A stretch of 64,000 bases of DNA from Octopus sinensis. Taxonomy: Eukaryota. The position numbers and the translations under genes are program-made. Positions 1 to 13,384 of this stretch are shown piece after piece; the first letter of the stretch is position 1; every line of letters starts with the position of its first letter. Under the pieces are notes generated by a model that was given only the letters and a program-made list of their open reading frames with translations, did no database searches and had not been told where the DNA came from. The DNA is taken from assembly GCF_006345805.1 (NCBI RefSeq), contig NC_043013.1, forward strand, positions 51,460,001 through 51,524,000, given 5' to 3'.

Positions 1-276
1 ACCGCTAAGTTACGGGGACGTAACCACACCAGTATCGGTTGTCAAGCGATGTTGAGGGGGGGGGGCAAACACAGACACACAAACATATACACACGTACAT
101 ATATATGTATACATATATACGACGGGCTTCTTTCAGTTTCCGTCTACCAAATCCACTCACAATGCTTTGGTCGGCCCAAGGCTATAGTAGAAGACATTTG
201 CCCAAGGTGCCACGCAGTGGGACTGAACCCTGCGCCATGTGGTTGGTAAGCAAGCTACTTACCACCCAGCCACTCC
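1..276 (-). mobile_element. tRNA-derived CORE-type SINE (family B; head GGAGTGGCTGTGTGGTAAG), cut by the window edge
   Basis: Reverse complement reads ggagtggctgggtggtaagtagcttgcttaccaaccacatggcgcagggttcagtcccactgcgtggcaccttgggcaaatgtcttc: tRNA-like A/B boxes plus a CORE-like ccttgggcaag motif. Same family at 9526, 22190, 53690 and 60760. Confidence 0.85.
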
Positions 277-295
277 TACGCCTATAATAATAGTC

Positions 296-353
<58 letters not shown>

Positions 354-355
<2 letters not shown>

Positions 356-850
356 GCCCTGATGCAGTACCAGGCAGTGGCTCTCATGGCTTCTGATCTT
401 AACTGATTGGAAGTGTTATCATGTACATTGTTTTGTCTTGGTATAAAAGATGGGCTACAGCAAATATTCATCTCAATACCACAGATTTGCTTGTCAGTTG
501 TTTGACCTTAACCAGTTGAGCATGTCCCTTAGTGGCTGACGATATGTGCACCTTTGGAAACATGGGTGGTTCTTTCAACATCCTTAAACAACCCTTATTC
601 AGGGACCTTTTGAGCGGGATGGGCTACTCAACCTGAAGAAAATTCTAACTGGGCCCCACCTGCAAGGTCATGTGCTGTTTATCTTGATATGAGATCACCA
701 TGTCGCGCACATATGGTTGTGATGCATGTGCCTGGTGTACCTTTATCAGACGGGTAGTCATGATGGGTATATTGGGCTTCGTATATTTTACCCCAGTGTC
801 ACTTTGATGGCATGCACTGCTCTCTCACTCAATAATAATAATAATAATAA
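354..850 (+). mobile_element. ~500-bp non-autonomous retroposon flanked by (AAT)n (family C), with an internal deletion
   Basis: Homologous to 19109-19594(-), 19880-20042(+) and 57290-57800(+). Ends ...gcatgcactgctctctcactc(aat)n. Lacks the ~80-bp segment present in the other copies after gatatgtgca. Confidence 0.8.
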
Positions 851-1384
851 TAACTGTTCAAATTTTGGCACAAGGCAAGAATTTTAATGTCTGGCTGTTA
901 GTTGTTTACATCAACTTCAGTAATTTTTCGACCCCGGAAGGGCGAAAGTCAAAGTTGACCTCGGACGTTTTATTTATTTTCTTCAGGGGCACATGAAATA
1001 TACATTAAACTGACGAAAACAAGTGTCATATATACAACCATGAAATACGTCCGGAATACCAAAGATGACGGAATATAGAAAAAGAAAGAGAAATATAACA
1101 ACAGTAATATAAATAGATTTCCATATTCCGGATTTCAGAGATTCACTTCTCTATTAAAATGTCGGCAGACAACTTTCGGCAATGATGACAGCAGAGACAG
1201 GAAGTTTCATCATAGAAGCCGTGTAAAAGGATCTTTTGTGTCAATAAACTTTCAAAGAACATATAAATATATTTAAGACAGTATGACTAATCGGTCGGCT
1301 TAAACCCACCCAATATAATGAATTCCTCAGCAAAAGGGGTTGTTTCGGGCTTAGGATGTTTTTGTTGAGATTTAACACAAACCT

Positions 1385-1387
1385 ATC

Positions 1388-1431
<44 letters not shown>

Positions 1432-1513
1432 GTCTGTCTGTCGATTTGTCTGTCTCTTTCTCTCTACCTCTCTCTCTGTATATATACATACATACATACA
1501 TACACACACACAC

Positions 1514-1555
<42 letters not shown>
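1385..1555. repeat. compound (ATCT)n/(CTGT)n/(CA)n/(TA)n microsatellite
   Basis: Read directly from the sequence. Confidence 0.95.
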
Positions 1556-1557
<2 letters not shown>

Positions 1558-1558
<1 letters not shown>

Positions 1559-1739
1559 CCGGCAGGGGGTGGTGATCCCTGCTGTACTCTTTCACCACTC
1601 TTTCTCCCACTCTTTCTTCTGTTGGCCTGCTCACTTAGCCAGCGGGGTGGCGTCATTCGAAGGCTAAAACAATGCGAACGCATTGTGACCAGCGATGTGT
1701 AACTACATCAGATGGACTGGTCGGTCACGTGATCACGTG

Positions 1740-1745
<6 letters not shown>
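1558..1745 (+). mobile_element. 5'-truncated SINE (family D body, tail type 3)
   Basis: ccggcagggggtggtgatccctgctgtactctttcaccac matches 12840-12890, then diverges into a different tail ending ggtcggtcacgtgatcacgtgacgtga(ta)n. Confidence 0.75.
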
Positions 1746-1793
<48 letters not shown>

Positions 1794-2306
1794 TAAAGGT
1801 CACAATACATGTATTTATGCGCTGCTAATAGTTTCATGCGTTAAGAAATACTGAACCATATCCTCAGGCGCAAACCACATATCATAACGAACCAAAAAAT
1901 TTGAATAATGGACGAAATGCGAAAACACTGAAACGGGAGCCTATAGAAAGTGCAGATATGTGGATTAAAGACGGAAAACGAAAAACGATGTATTGGTGTG
2001 AGTGTGTGTGTGTGTGTGTTTGTAGCACCCATAATCTGCCGAAGGTTCCCATGAACGTTTTTCATCCGTAAATTTCAATCTTACGACCATAAAGATTTTG
2101 TGGCATATAGTATAATGCATCTCCTTGCTCTGAAGAGTTCGTGTGGATTGCTGCCCATACTTAAAATTATTTTATGACGGATTGCTTGGAAATATATTTG
2201 GCTGAATGTACGTCATCTTGTGTGTTTTATGCAGTCAAACGCTTTGGTCATTAAATTCGTTATTTTATAAAGTCCATTATTCCTTATTTAGAATTGTTGA
2301 AATAGT

Positions 2307-2745
2307 AAGGCGGTGAGCTGGCAGAAACATTAGCACACCAGGCGAAATGCTTAGCAGTATTTCGTCTGTCTTTACGTTCTGAGTTCAAATTTTGCCGAGG
2401 TCGGCTTTGTATTTCATCATTTCGAGATCGATAAATTAAATACCAGTTGTGTACTGGGGTCGATCTAATGGACTGTCCCTCTCCCCCAAATTTCGGGTCT
2501 TGTGCCTAGAGCAAAAAATAATTAAGGGGGCGAGCTAGCAAAAACGATAGCAGGCCGAGCGAAATACTTAGCGGTATTTCGTCTGTCTTTATGTTCTGAG
2601 TTCAAATCCCGCGAGATCTACGTTGCCTTTGATCCTTTCTGGGTCGATAAATTAAGTACCAGTTGCGTACTGGGGTCGATCTAATCTACTGGCCCCCTTG
2701 GCCCCAAAATTTCGGCCCTTGTGCTAGATTAGACAAGAACGTAAA
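2307..2745 (+). mobile_element. two tandem tRNA-derived SINE copies (family A; head GGCGGCGAGCTGGCAGAA)
   Basis: aaggcggtgagctggcagaaac...gttctgagttcaaat (B-box-like)...gataaattaagtaccagttgcgtactggggtcgatc occurs twice. Confidence 0.85.
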
Positions 2746-3122
2746 GGCAGACGAAATACCTATTTCTTTGCTGCCTACAAGGGGCTACATTCAGAGGCGA
2801 CAAACAAGGGCAGACAAAGGGATTAAGTTGATTATATCTTCCCCGGTGCGTAACTGGTACTTATTTACTCAACCCCGAAAGGATGAAAGGCAAAGTCAAC
2901 GTCGGCGGAATTTGAACTCTGAACCTAGCGGCAGACGAAATATTTATTTCCTATTTCTTTACTACCCACAAGGGGCTAAATACAGAGAGGACAAACAAGG
3001 ACAGACAAACGGATTAAGTCGATTACATCGACCCCAGTGTGTAACTGGTACTTAATTTATAGACTAATAAATCGCTAAGCATTTCGCCCGGCGTGCTAAC
3101 GTTTCTGCCAATTCGCCACCTT
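2746..3122 (-). mobile_element. family A SINE composite
   Basis: Reverse complement of the family A head and the tttgtctgtccttgtttgtcctctc tail segments. Confidence 0.8.
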
Positions 3123-4057
3123 ACATGCTTTTAAATCTCTCCTCAACTCATACAAACTCTTAGGGAGAACACATGTAGCTATGCCAATATTGTCTTTCTC
3201 GTCCATAAAACATTGTAAACTTTTATGGTGGGGAGTAACGCCTTCTCTATTACCAACGTCCTTCTCAAGTGTTGCTTGAAGAATTTAATGAAGTGCTAGC
3301 TTGATGGGAAAATCTGTTTTCAAACCTTTCAACTGCATCTACCATGCAGCTTCCTTTGCCACTACCAACAAAGAAAAGAAGATTCATTGCTCTACATTCG
3401 TTAAAGCAAGGCGATTGTTTCTTCACAATAGACTCGGTTAATTATCAGATCCGTCCCGGACGTAATAACATCTATTGGAGATAAACCCACACATCATAAG
3501 GTCACTTGACTTGTCCTATATTTCATCAAACTCTGAATGGCAAAAGATTGCAGTTGATGTTGAAGAGCCGAGGTAAACAGAGAAAATCATTTTGTCCGAC
3601 ATGCTTACAGTTCCAACAATGCAAGAATTCGACGAAGTACAAAACTATGTTCTTTAATTGTAGTGATTGTTTCGCTTAAGCTGGGGTAATATATTGTTGC
3701 TTCTTGTTTTATTAAAGAAGAACCAATGACAAAACCATTTTTCATCGAGATTTATCACTAGAATTTATAAGAACGAAATTGAATCCTCTAAAATAATTCA
3801 CTTCCGCTTTATTTATATAAATGTTTGCACCCATTTCCTACTGACTTATTTCTAATAATAGTATATGTTTATTGGCCTATAAGGACGAAGTCTGGTGTAA
3901 TGACTCATCTGAGGTTAGAATACTTAAAGTGCAATAGCTTTCGGATAGATAAAAAAAATACCAGTTTGGTCTTGGGGACGAATGATTAAAGGGACAGCCC
4001 AGCACGTTTCTTTTTCTCGGTGTTACTATCTCCCTCTCCTACTTTCTTTGATTCTTG

Positions 4058-4123
<66 letters not shown>

Positions 4124-4588
4124 AAATGTGTGTCTCTGTGTAGGTGCATATCTAAGAAACCGACTTTATTCAGAACTGGAGAACGAAAGTATCTAAGTTT
4201 AAACCATATATGCTCATAAAAAAATGAAGTCTTAAAATTTCACTGTATTTAGATTAAACGTTATGGTAAGCTTTCAAAAGCTGGAAGAGAAGGACAATAT
4301 GCAACTGTCAGCTATGAGTGTCGACTACCTACTGAACATTTTGTATTCTCAATCAGGGGCTTCCCGGTGAGGCCATGTCCAAACAAGTAGGAGCAGATTT
4401 TGCGTTGCGGAAACGCAACCAGAATATATATGAGTTTTAGAATGGCGAAGATCCGGCCTACGTCACGATGTACCTCTACGAATCTATTAGGGGTTTAATG
4501 CCCTCCCCAAGTGAAGATTTTCCCCCGTCACTCAGTGGCAGAACCTACTTTTGGATGTAGTCTAACAAGTAAGCCCCATTTACATGTT

Positions 4589-4867
4589 TATCAGAATTTG
4601 AACTCAGAACGTAAAGACAGACGAAATACCTATTTCTTTACTACTCACAAGGGGCTAGCTAAACACAGAGAGGACAAACAAGGACAGACAAAGGAATTAA
4701 GTCGATTATATCGACCCCAGTGCGTAACTGGTACTTAATTTATCGACCCCGAAAGAATGAAAGGCAAAGTCGACCTCGGCGGAATTTGAACACAGAACGT
4801 AACGTCAGACGAAATACTGCTGAGCATTTCGCCCGGCGTGCTAACGTTTCTGCCAGCCCGCCGCCTT
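4589..4867 (-). mobile_element. family A SINE
   Basis: Ends ...ctgccagcccgccgcctt; shared body gtcgacctcggcggaatttgaac. Confidence 0.85.
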
Positions 4868-5919
4868 AATGTATGAGTGATATTAACGGACCATGAGGTA
4901 GATTTGAATTAAGAAAACCGAACTTATATAGATCTCTCTCAGCACAAATTGTAATAGTTCTCGCTTGAAGGAAATTTCCAGAGCAAGAGATTCCATCAAT
5001 GTGAGGTTTATTACAATTTCATCCTTACTGTCCACTAATAAAACCACCTTGTAATGTTTTATCGTCAAAGACGTATAATTTAGAAATTATTATTTAAAAT
5101 TTTGGCCTGAAGATACATACAGCTTCTATTTTACCTCTTAATATCAGTGATTTAGGAAAAAAACACGATTAAATGAACAGTAAGAAATAAAACGGTGAGA
5201 AGAGACAGTTTTACACAAATATTAACACAGAGAAACTAGATAGACAATAAAAATATATCGCTGTAAAACCGCCGCATTCTTTTAGTCTCTTCAAGAAATT
5301 CTAATAATAACAAATAACAAAACTTCTCTGGACCTGTCCCGCGCTCGCTCTCACTCTCGCGCGCGCTCTCTGAGCATACACGTGTGTGATGAGTGTGCAT
5401 GCGTTCATGTATGTCCGATCACTCTTAATGCTACTTATAACAATATGACCCAGTCAAACCTTTTGCGCGGTTGGGTCGTTGGCGACTAAACGGTTGACAC
5501 TATTACAAAGCCTGTTTGGTAAAGTGGGGGTTTTATGTCGGTCATTCTTCAGGACGAAAAAGGAAACCTGTCAAAAAGTGGATGAACTCAACAGAGTCAG
5601 CGGTCATTCAACTGGAAAGGAGAGAAACCCCTAATCTTTGTTTTGACTTCTGATAAAAGGAGGACTCTGGTGTGACCCCAATGACTTCCTTTGCATCTGA
5701 TATAGACGAGTTCTTCTTGGGCAAATGCATAAGTTTAAAGAGTGGAGGGTTGTCCCCGTACAAAGGGAGTCTTCGCTCACTTAAAAAGACCTTCGGGCAC
5801 AGGGATTGCTTGATTTTTAAAATCTCTATTATGTGTGGCATAAGGAAAAGATTCATTCATGCTGCTCACTTTTAGGAGTGACATCAAGTGATGACAGCAC
5901 ACGAAATCAATTAGCAGCA

Positions 5920-6340
5920 TTTATGTATGTATGTATGTATGTATGTATGTATGTATGTATGTATGTATGTATGCATGTATGCATGTATTTCATTATTCAG
6001 ATTTCTTACCAATAGCAAAAGAACCGGCTTCTAACATAGATCCAAGGTTCCTTCATTGGAATTTCAACATCAACAAGTTATTTTTGTATGTATGTATGTA
6101 TGTATGTATGCATGTATGTATGCATGTATGTATGTGTGTATGTATGTATGTGTATGTGTGTAAGTATGTATGTATGTATGTATGTATGTGTATGTATGTA
6201 TGTATGTATGTATGTGTGTATGTATGTATGTATGTGTGTATGTATGTGTGTATGTGTGTATGTATGTATGTATGTATGTATGTATATATGTGTATGTATG
6301 CATGTATGTATGTATGTGTGTATGTATGTATGTATACGTG
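5920..6340. repeat. (TATG)n array containing a ~95-bp cassette (5995-6085)
   Basis: Read directly. The cassette attcagatttc...ggaatttcaacatcaacaag recurs at 55485-55590 inside another (TATG)n array. Confidence 0.9.
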
Positions 6341-6619
6341 CAGATTTCTGTTTTGTTTCTCATGCATATAGTTGCATATCAAGACATGCTCATATATGCT
6401 TAAGTGATAAACTTCTGGAAAGTTTTACAGATTTTTACAGTTCCAGTGGTGGCTTGGAATCAACTTACTCTATTCGGTTTTTGGGAAGCCTAATTTCTAA
6501 AGATTGGTATTTAGCCAGTGTGTTACACATCCCAGTGCCCCAATAATTTTAGGCATAAAATTCCTCAATAGTTCAGCACAAGTATGTATGTATACATGCA
6601 TGGGTTAAGAACGTAGGTA

Positions 6620-6775
<156 letters not shown>

Positions 6776-7237
6776 TTCACCAATTTTCTCCACCCCTTAG
6801 CTCTTTTCTCACAAGTGGAGCATCCTCACCCTCTTCGCTTCGATCAGGTGCTTTCTTTTGGTGTGATAGTTTTGTCTCCGCAGATCAGTGAAAAATCTTT
6901 TACACGCAGCTTACCACGTGGCTGCAGTTTTTAAACTTGCGGTGGAGCGCTAGCGCTTCTTATTAAATGACCGAAACATTCTAGCCTCTTCTTCCTTATA
7001 ACCTTGGTTATTGTTTAAGAGATGCAACTATTTCTTATTGGAATATTTCCTCAGCGCCAGTCTTGTAATCATATTCCTAGTGGAGGCCGTACACACGACA
7101 CTTCAATATCTAATCTGCATGATTCTTCAGATTCCCGGTTCCATTCTTTTAAGGCGTTGGGAGCTATTAGAAAGATAATGGCATGGTACGTTGTGTCTTT
7201 GAGTCGCTGGTTCGATGTTGATAATGTGTTTTAATTT

Positions 7238-7471
7238 AGGTGGCGAGCTGGCAGAATCGTTAGCGCGCCGGACGACATGCGTAGCCGTATTTCGTCTGCC
7301 GTCACGTTCTGAGTTCAAATTCCGCCGAGGTCGACTTTGCCTTTCATCCTTTCGGGGCCGATAAATTAAGTACATGTTATGCACTGGGGTCAATGTAATC
7401 GACTTAATCCGTTTGTCTGTCCTTGTTTGTCCTCTCTATGTTTAGACCCTTGTGGGTAATAGAGAAACAGA
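7238..7471 (+). mobile_element. family A SINE, near full length
   Basis: aggtggcgagctggcagaatcgttagcgcgccggacg...gttctgagttcaaattccgccgaggtcgactttgcc...ttgtgggtaatagagaaacag. Confidence 0.88.
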
Positions 7472-8087
7472 TAATGTGTTTTAACTCTTAGGTGTTAATG
7501 CGGGTCGATCTTTCATGTTTTCTAATACAATTGGAACAGTATTGCCGAGAAACTTAATGCTTGAATGTGGAGAAAAGATACAATAGGAGAGAACAAATGT
7601 GGTGACTGAATTTCAAAGGAAGCGAAGTGAGACCAAGGTTTATCCACGTATGACGGATTTAAGGATAGATGTGAGTAGGAGATATATCCATACTAGTTTA
7701 AAATACCAATAGTTGACGGCTGCCCTCATACTGTACGCAGTTAAAGTTTGGTACTATATTACCAAGAGCATAACTCTCAGATGTTGAAGGGAGAGAATTT
7801 TAATGCGGGACTTTATCGCTTGATTTGTAGGAAATGTTAAGGAAGACAATGGATTCGATCAGCAAAATGGAGGTCAACGTGTATTCAAGGAATATACATT
7901 AGAATGTAATGAAAAGGCCCAGTATTCGGTTTGGCATTGTGAAGAATATTGGTATTGATTTTCAATTAGCAACCCGAATTTTTTCTTGTTAAAGCCATTC
8001 TACTAGATTCCTATCACTAAAGTTCGAAAGAAAACTTTGCGAAATAAGGTGTATCAGTTTTCGTTGCATGAGCAGATTTCCTTGTTT

Positions 8088-8124
<37 letters not shown>

Positions 8125-9525
8125 AGAGAGAGAGAGAGAGATAGAGAGATGTATATACATACACACACACATAATATAAACACACACACGTTTATATATA
8201 TTTAATTTTACCAAGAAATGGTTACAGTTTGATGAGGGCGAGCAATCCGAAACTTCAATATAAACATGTGTGCGTGTTTACTTTTAAAATACGCTGTGTT
8301 CATTAGGACATGAAAGGCATTCACTGCGCGACACACATTTTTTTTTCTCAAAAACAAAGCCCCGCTGCGAATGCATTTGGGATCTTGTGTAGAGGAGCGT
8401 GTTAAAAATAACCGTACACATGTTTAGGTGATATACTGTTTTTTCGAGAACGATATATGGTGTACAATTAATATAGGACACATTCCTATTCCCAGGACAA
8501 AATTAGGCTTCTACGACTTAAACACGTGCAGAGCAACACCCGTCCGCTTCATCAGCGGGACGTTGACGTAAAACAAAACACGACGTGTAGTAAACGAAGT
8601 GAAAATAACACAAAATTCAAGCAAGGACTAGCTTGGGAGACGAAATCTTTTTCGTAAACTACCGAGGAATTTTGGATACAAAATTAAATCATAGAATTAG
8701 ATTAATAACTTGAAATCTTTGTCAAAAACATGCCATTAAGCACTTTCCATAGCATTTTCTCGAAAATATATTCTTGATGGATTCGACACATTGTATAAGC
8801 GGATACAACATAGCCTTCATTAATCAAGTAAATCTGCATCTGTCAAGAACATACACTGGATAATTAATTAAGCTAATTAGTGAATATCTTAACCTCGAAA
8901 CTTAATCTTTCATTAAATAATTAATTAAATTTAATTCGACGGAAATGAATAAAGTACATTAAGTAAAGATGTCGTATACTGGCAGAGTGGTTCTTACTAG
9001 TTGAATAATTCGATATTGTTTGTGGGTGTTCAAACGATATTGATGGGGTATTTCGGGTACTTGAGAAACTGTTAGAGCTTGTGGATATATTGACAATAAT
9101 AATGGGGTACCCCTAGCACTTGAGAAAAGCGTTAAAGATGTTAATGGCTACTTTGATGGATTAATTAGAAATCACTTGCAATTTTTTAACCTTTAAGGTT
9201 AGCGAATATTTTTCCCATGTTAGCGGTGCGACCCTAGTATTTGAGAAGGCTTTTGAAGGTGGTGCGGTTTTAACGATACTGTGGGACAAATTCGGCACAA
9301 AAAAACAACATTTTTACCGTTAGGGAGGGCGTTGGTGGTAATTCCATAGCTCTGATAAGCTGATTATAACACATTTTTAATATTGAATATCTAAATGAAT
9401 TTAAAACGCAGCTTTGATTGTTGATTGAAGAGTCATAGTTTATATGCAAGTACACACACACATACACACACATACGCACACACACGCACAAACACACATA
9501 CACACACATGTATATATATTATACA

Positions 9526-9935
9526 GGAGTGGCTGTGTGGTAAGTAGCTTGCTAACCAATCACATGGTTCCGGGTTCAGTACCACTGCGTGGCATCTTGG
9601 GCAAGTGTCTTCTGCTATAGCCCCGGGCCGACCAATGCCTTGTGAGTGGATTTGGTAGACGGAAACTGAAAGAGGCCTGTCGTATATATGTATATATATA
9701 TAAGTGCGTGTGTATATGTTTGTGTGTCTGTGTTTGTCCCCCTAGCATTGCTTGACAACCGATGCTGGTGTGTTTACGTCCCCGTCACTTAGCAGTTCGG
9801 CAAAAGAGACCAATAGAATAAGTACTGGGCTTACAAAGAATAAGTCCCGGGGTCGATTTGCTCGACTAAAGGCGGTGCTCCAGCATGGCCGCAGTCAAAT
9901 GACTGAAACAAGTAAAAGAGTAAAAGAGTAAAGAG
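9526..9935 (+). mobile_element. family B CORE-type SINE, full length
   Basis: ggagtggctgtgtggtaagtagcttgc, then the CORE-like motif, an internal (TA)/(TG) tract, and the tail ggcggtgctccagcatggccgcagtcaaatgactgaaacaag(taaaagag)n. Confidence 0.9.
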
Positions 9936-9991
<56 letters not shown>

Positions 9992-10412
9992 TGTGTGTGT
10001 GTGTGTGCGTGTGTGTGTGCGTGTGTGTGTGCTGGCCCTCTGTCAGTTATTACGATGAGTGTTCCAGCTGAACGGATCAACATAACAGCCTGCTTGTGAA
10101 ATTAACGTGCAAGTGGCTGAGTACACCTTCGTATCACTTTGTTTACCTGTAGTTTTTTTATTTGTCCGTATTCATCCTGCAGCTAGTTGAATAGGTCCAA
10201 TAGTGTGCTGTAGATAACTGCCTCTATTCACCCCAATCGACGGAGTGCAGAGGGACAGTGGTTTTTTTTTTATTTAAAAAATGGGTGTGCCAACGAATTT
10301 TGACAAAGTTTCAATGCGTGTCGGTAGGTTACCGGTAGGGACGATAAACCCACTAAGTTAATCAGTAAAAGCTATTGCACTCGCATAGTGACATGCATTT
10401 GAACCTCAAAAT

Positions 10413-10439
10413 TGTCCCTATTCACCCCGGACTACGGTA
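10413..10439 (-). mobile_element. single pogo/Tc1-like terminal inverted repeat remnant
   Basis: Reverse complement taccgtagtccggggtgaatagggaca resembles TA+CCGTA..GGGGTGAA-type TIRs; no partner TIR found. Confidence 0.3.
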
Positions 10440-10673
10440 CCTATTTCTTTACTACACACAAGGGGTTAAACACAGAGAGGACAAACAAGGACAGACAAAG
10501 GGATTAAGTCGATTATATCGACCCCAGTGCGTAACTGGTACTTATTTAATCGACCCCGAAAGGATGAAAGGCAAAGTCAACCGCGGCGGAATTTGAACTC
10601 AGAACGTAACGGCAGACGAAATACAGATAAGCATTCCGTCCGGCGTGCTAACGTTTCTGCCAGCTCGCAGCCT
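10440..10673 (-). mobile_element. family A SINE
   Basis: Reverse complement of the family A body and head. Confidence 0.85.
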
Positions 10674-11313
10674 TCGACTACGTACCTTTAACGTAGTTCT
10701 CAGGGAGATTCAGCGTGACAAATAATGTGACAATGTTAGCCTCTTTGAATGGGATGCGGCAACATGAAATAAAGTGTCTTGCTCAAGGATATAACACGTT
10801 GTCGGGTCATGTATATAACGGTGACAATGGTACTTCCCTGGATTGCTCAGGAGCAAATTATAAATACAATTACAATGTCACGTGGATAATGCAGATTTAT
10901 GTGTCACGAACAAAGCATTTGAAATCTATGCATTATCCACGTGACATTTAAATTCTTTTTATAATTTGATCCAGAACAATCCAGGAAAATGCTATCATGA
11001 CCGGTAAAAAAATTTACGACTTATTAATTTGAAACCAGCTTGCTAAGTGCCAACATACCAAAGTTACGGCTCTTGTATCACTCTGGAACTTTTATCGATT
11101 GTTAATAAAAGAAATATGCATATATGTACATATACATACATACATATATATATATATGTATACATATGTATATATACATATGTATGTATATATATATATA
11201 TATATCAACATACACACATAAATATATGTAAATATTTATGCATTCATACATATTTATACATACATATCTATACGAATATATATGTATGTACACACATGCA
11301 TGTATGTATGTGC

Positions 11314-11362
<49 letters not shown>

Positions 11363-11364
11363 TA

Positions 11365-11585
11365 TATAAAGTTAATCCAAACATGAAAACACAAAGAGAA
11401 AACACAACAACGCGAGGACGTGGAACAAATATAGTATTATTGGACGCTCAGGAAAGAAGGGAAGAAGGAGGGTTTAAAGTTTCCAGCGGAGCTCTTCGTT
11501 GGAAACATAGGAGAAGGAAAGATCCAGAGAAGGGAAGACGGAGGAAAAAAAATCGCCAACGGTACACACGCGGTCACATTTTCAA
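11365..11585 (-). mobile_element. (TA)n-embedded PLE-like repeat with a degenerate minimal HHR (11473-11505)
   Basis: Homologous to 28380-28585(+). Minus strand reads TTT CCAACGA A GAGC TCC GCTG GAAA CT TT AAA. Confidence 0.55.
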
Positions 11586-11637
11586 TGCATATGTATATGT
11601 ATATATGTATGTATATATATATGTCTATATGTATGTA

Positions 11638-11693
<56 letters not shown>

Positions 11694-12720
11694 ATATATA
11701 TTATATATATATATATTACGCACGGACGTAGAGAATAACATGCAACAATTAAGTCTGCCATATTTTGAATTACAGTTGAATTTTTAATAATTTAATATTT
11801 GTACACGCACATACATGCATATGTGTGTGTGTGTGCATCTATACATACAAGTATATGGATGCATAGACGGCCATATATATATATATGTGTGTGTGTGTAT
11901 ATGTATGTAAGTGTGAGTGTCTGTACATGAATGCATATACACAGAACGACAAATTGGGAGATATATAGCGTGTGCATGCCTGCATGCGTGTGTGTGTATG
12001 TGTGTGCGTAAGAGATTTATGGATTTATAACTTTTAATATAAATATGCTTTGGTTAACGAAGGCGTCAATTAAAATTAATTAAAATCATTCTAATTAATT
12101 AAATACGCACCTAGCATGTTGCTTGCGAATTAATTAAGACACCGTTAGCCAGTGGAAAATTCTTATTCAGAAGGTGACACACAATGACGAAAGTAGTTTC
12201 GTCATAAGAACGCCATCAAAAAGAGTAAGAGAGAATATAATATTGATAATAATTATCTTTTACTATATTGTATGGCTTTAGATGTACACTAGGCTTATTA
12301 TGTAGGCCAGTTGTGATTGGAATCGACGGATTTTGTCTAATGAAAACTTATGACAACCCCACGACTTCCCAGCGTCTCAGACGTTGAATATATTCGCAGT
12401 GATGTTAGAACTTTGACAAAAGAGACAAGAATGCAAAGAGAATTATATTACGATAAAACAAAATTTCACCATTGAGTCATTCGTTTGAAGAAACCAAAGG
12501 AATCAATACAATTCAAGACAAATTTCGGTTTCTTATCAAGAAATAACATTGACGAAGATATATTTTCTATTGATGATGCCTTACTAAAGCAAATCTCTCA
12601 ACATCTTAACTGGAGGCAGATTACCACAAGTTTTAAGCTTCATTACAGAAAGATTTGGCAAGGTTACATGTGTATGGATTTGTATAAGTTTATTTCTCTA
12701 TTATATATAGCTATTGAAAG

Positions 12721-13105
12721 TGGAGGCGCAATGGCCCAGTGGTTAGGGCAGCGGACTCGCGTCGTAGGATCGCGGTTTCCATTCCCAGACCGGGCGTTGT
12801 GAGTGTTTATTGAGCGAAAACACCAAAAGCTCCATGAGGCTCCGGCAGGGGATGGTGGTGATCCCTGCTGTACTCTTTCACCACAACTTTCTCTCACTCT
12901 TACTTCCTGTTTCTGTTGTACCTGTATTTCAAAGGGCCAGCCTTGTCACACTCTGTGTCACGCTGAACATCTCCGAGAACTACGTTAAGGGTACACATGT
13001 CTGTGGAGTGCTCAGCCACTTACACGTTAATTTCACGAGCAGGCTGTTCCGTTGATCGGATCAACCGGAACCCTCGTCGTCGTAACCGACGGAGTGCTTC
13101 CATCC
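12721..13105 (+). mobile_element. full-length tRNA-derived SINE (family D, tail type 1) with a 14-bp target-site duplication
   Basis: TSD atagctattgaaag at 12707-12720 and 13106-13119. Head ggaggcgcaatggcccagtggttagggcagcggactc; tail ...gtcgtcgtaaccgacggagtgc. Confidence 0.92.
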
Positions 13106-13384
13106 ATAGCTATTGAAAGAGCATGGAACTAGTCGTTCCGATGTTGCACTGGCGATCGGAATTTCATGAGTTCGTGCCATATCCTGGAGTAAAGCGCGTC
13201 ATACTAAAGTATCAACTCTCTCTCACTTTCTATATATGTATATATATATACACACACACACACGATATTTCTGTCAACGAAATCCACTCACAACGTGAGT
13301 GGGACTTAACCGGGAACCATGTGGTTGGTAAGCAAGCTACTTTATTTCATAAAAGTTGCCACGAAGGCATTACAAAGAGGACAG

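Noticed and set aside
5608-5875. Overlapping 82-aa and 67-aa ORFs in unique sequence
   Set aside because: No motifs and no convincing splice-site pair.
7600-7900. Possible RTE-like RT remnant (LILYAVKVW)
   Set aside because: Too degenerate to call without an alignment.
8222-8262. TTGATGA GGG..TCC GAAA HHR-like motif
   Set aside because: C3 is missing, and helices I and III do not pair; at best heavily decayed.
8525-8570. CTGATGA on the minus strand
   Set aside because: No helix II followed by GAAA, and no helix III.
12721-12795. tRNA-like sequences here and at 9526, 16255, 24045, 43007 and 51897
   Set aside because: These are SINE heads joined to SINE bodies; no complete cloverleaf or acceptor stem, so they are not called tRNA genes.
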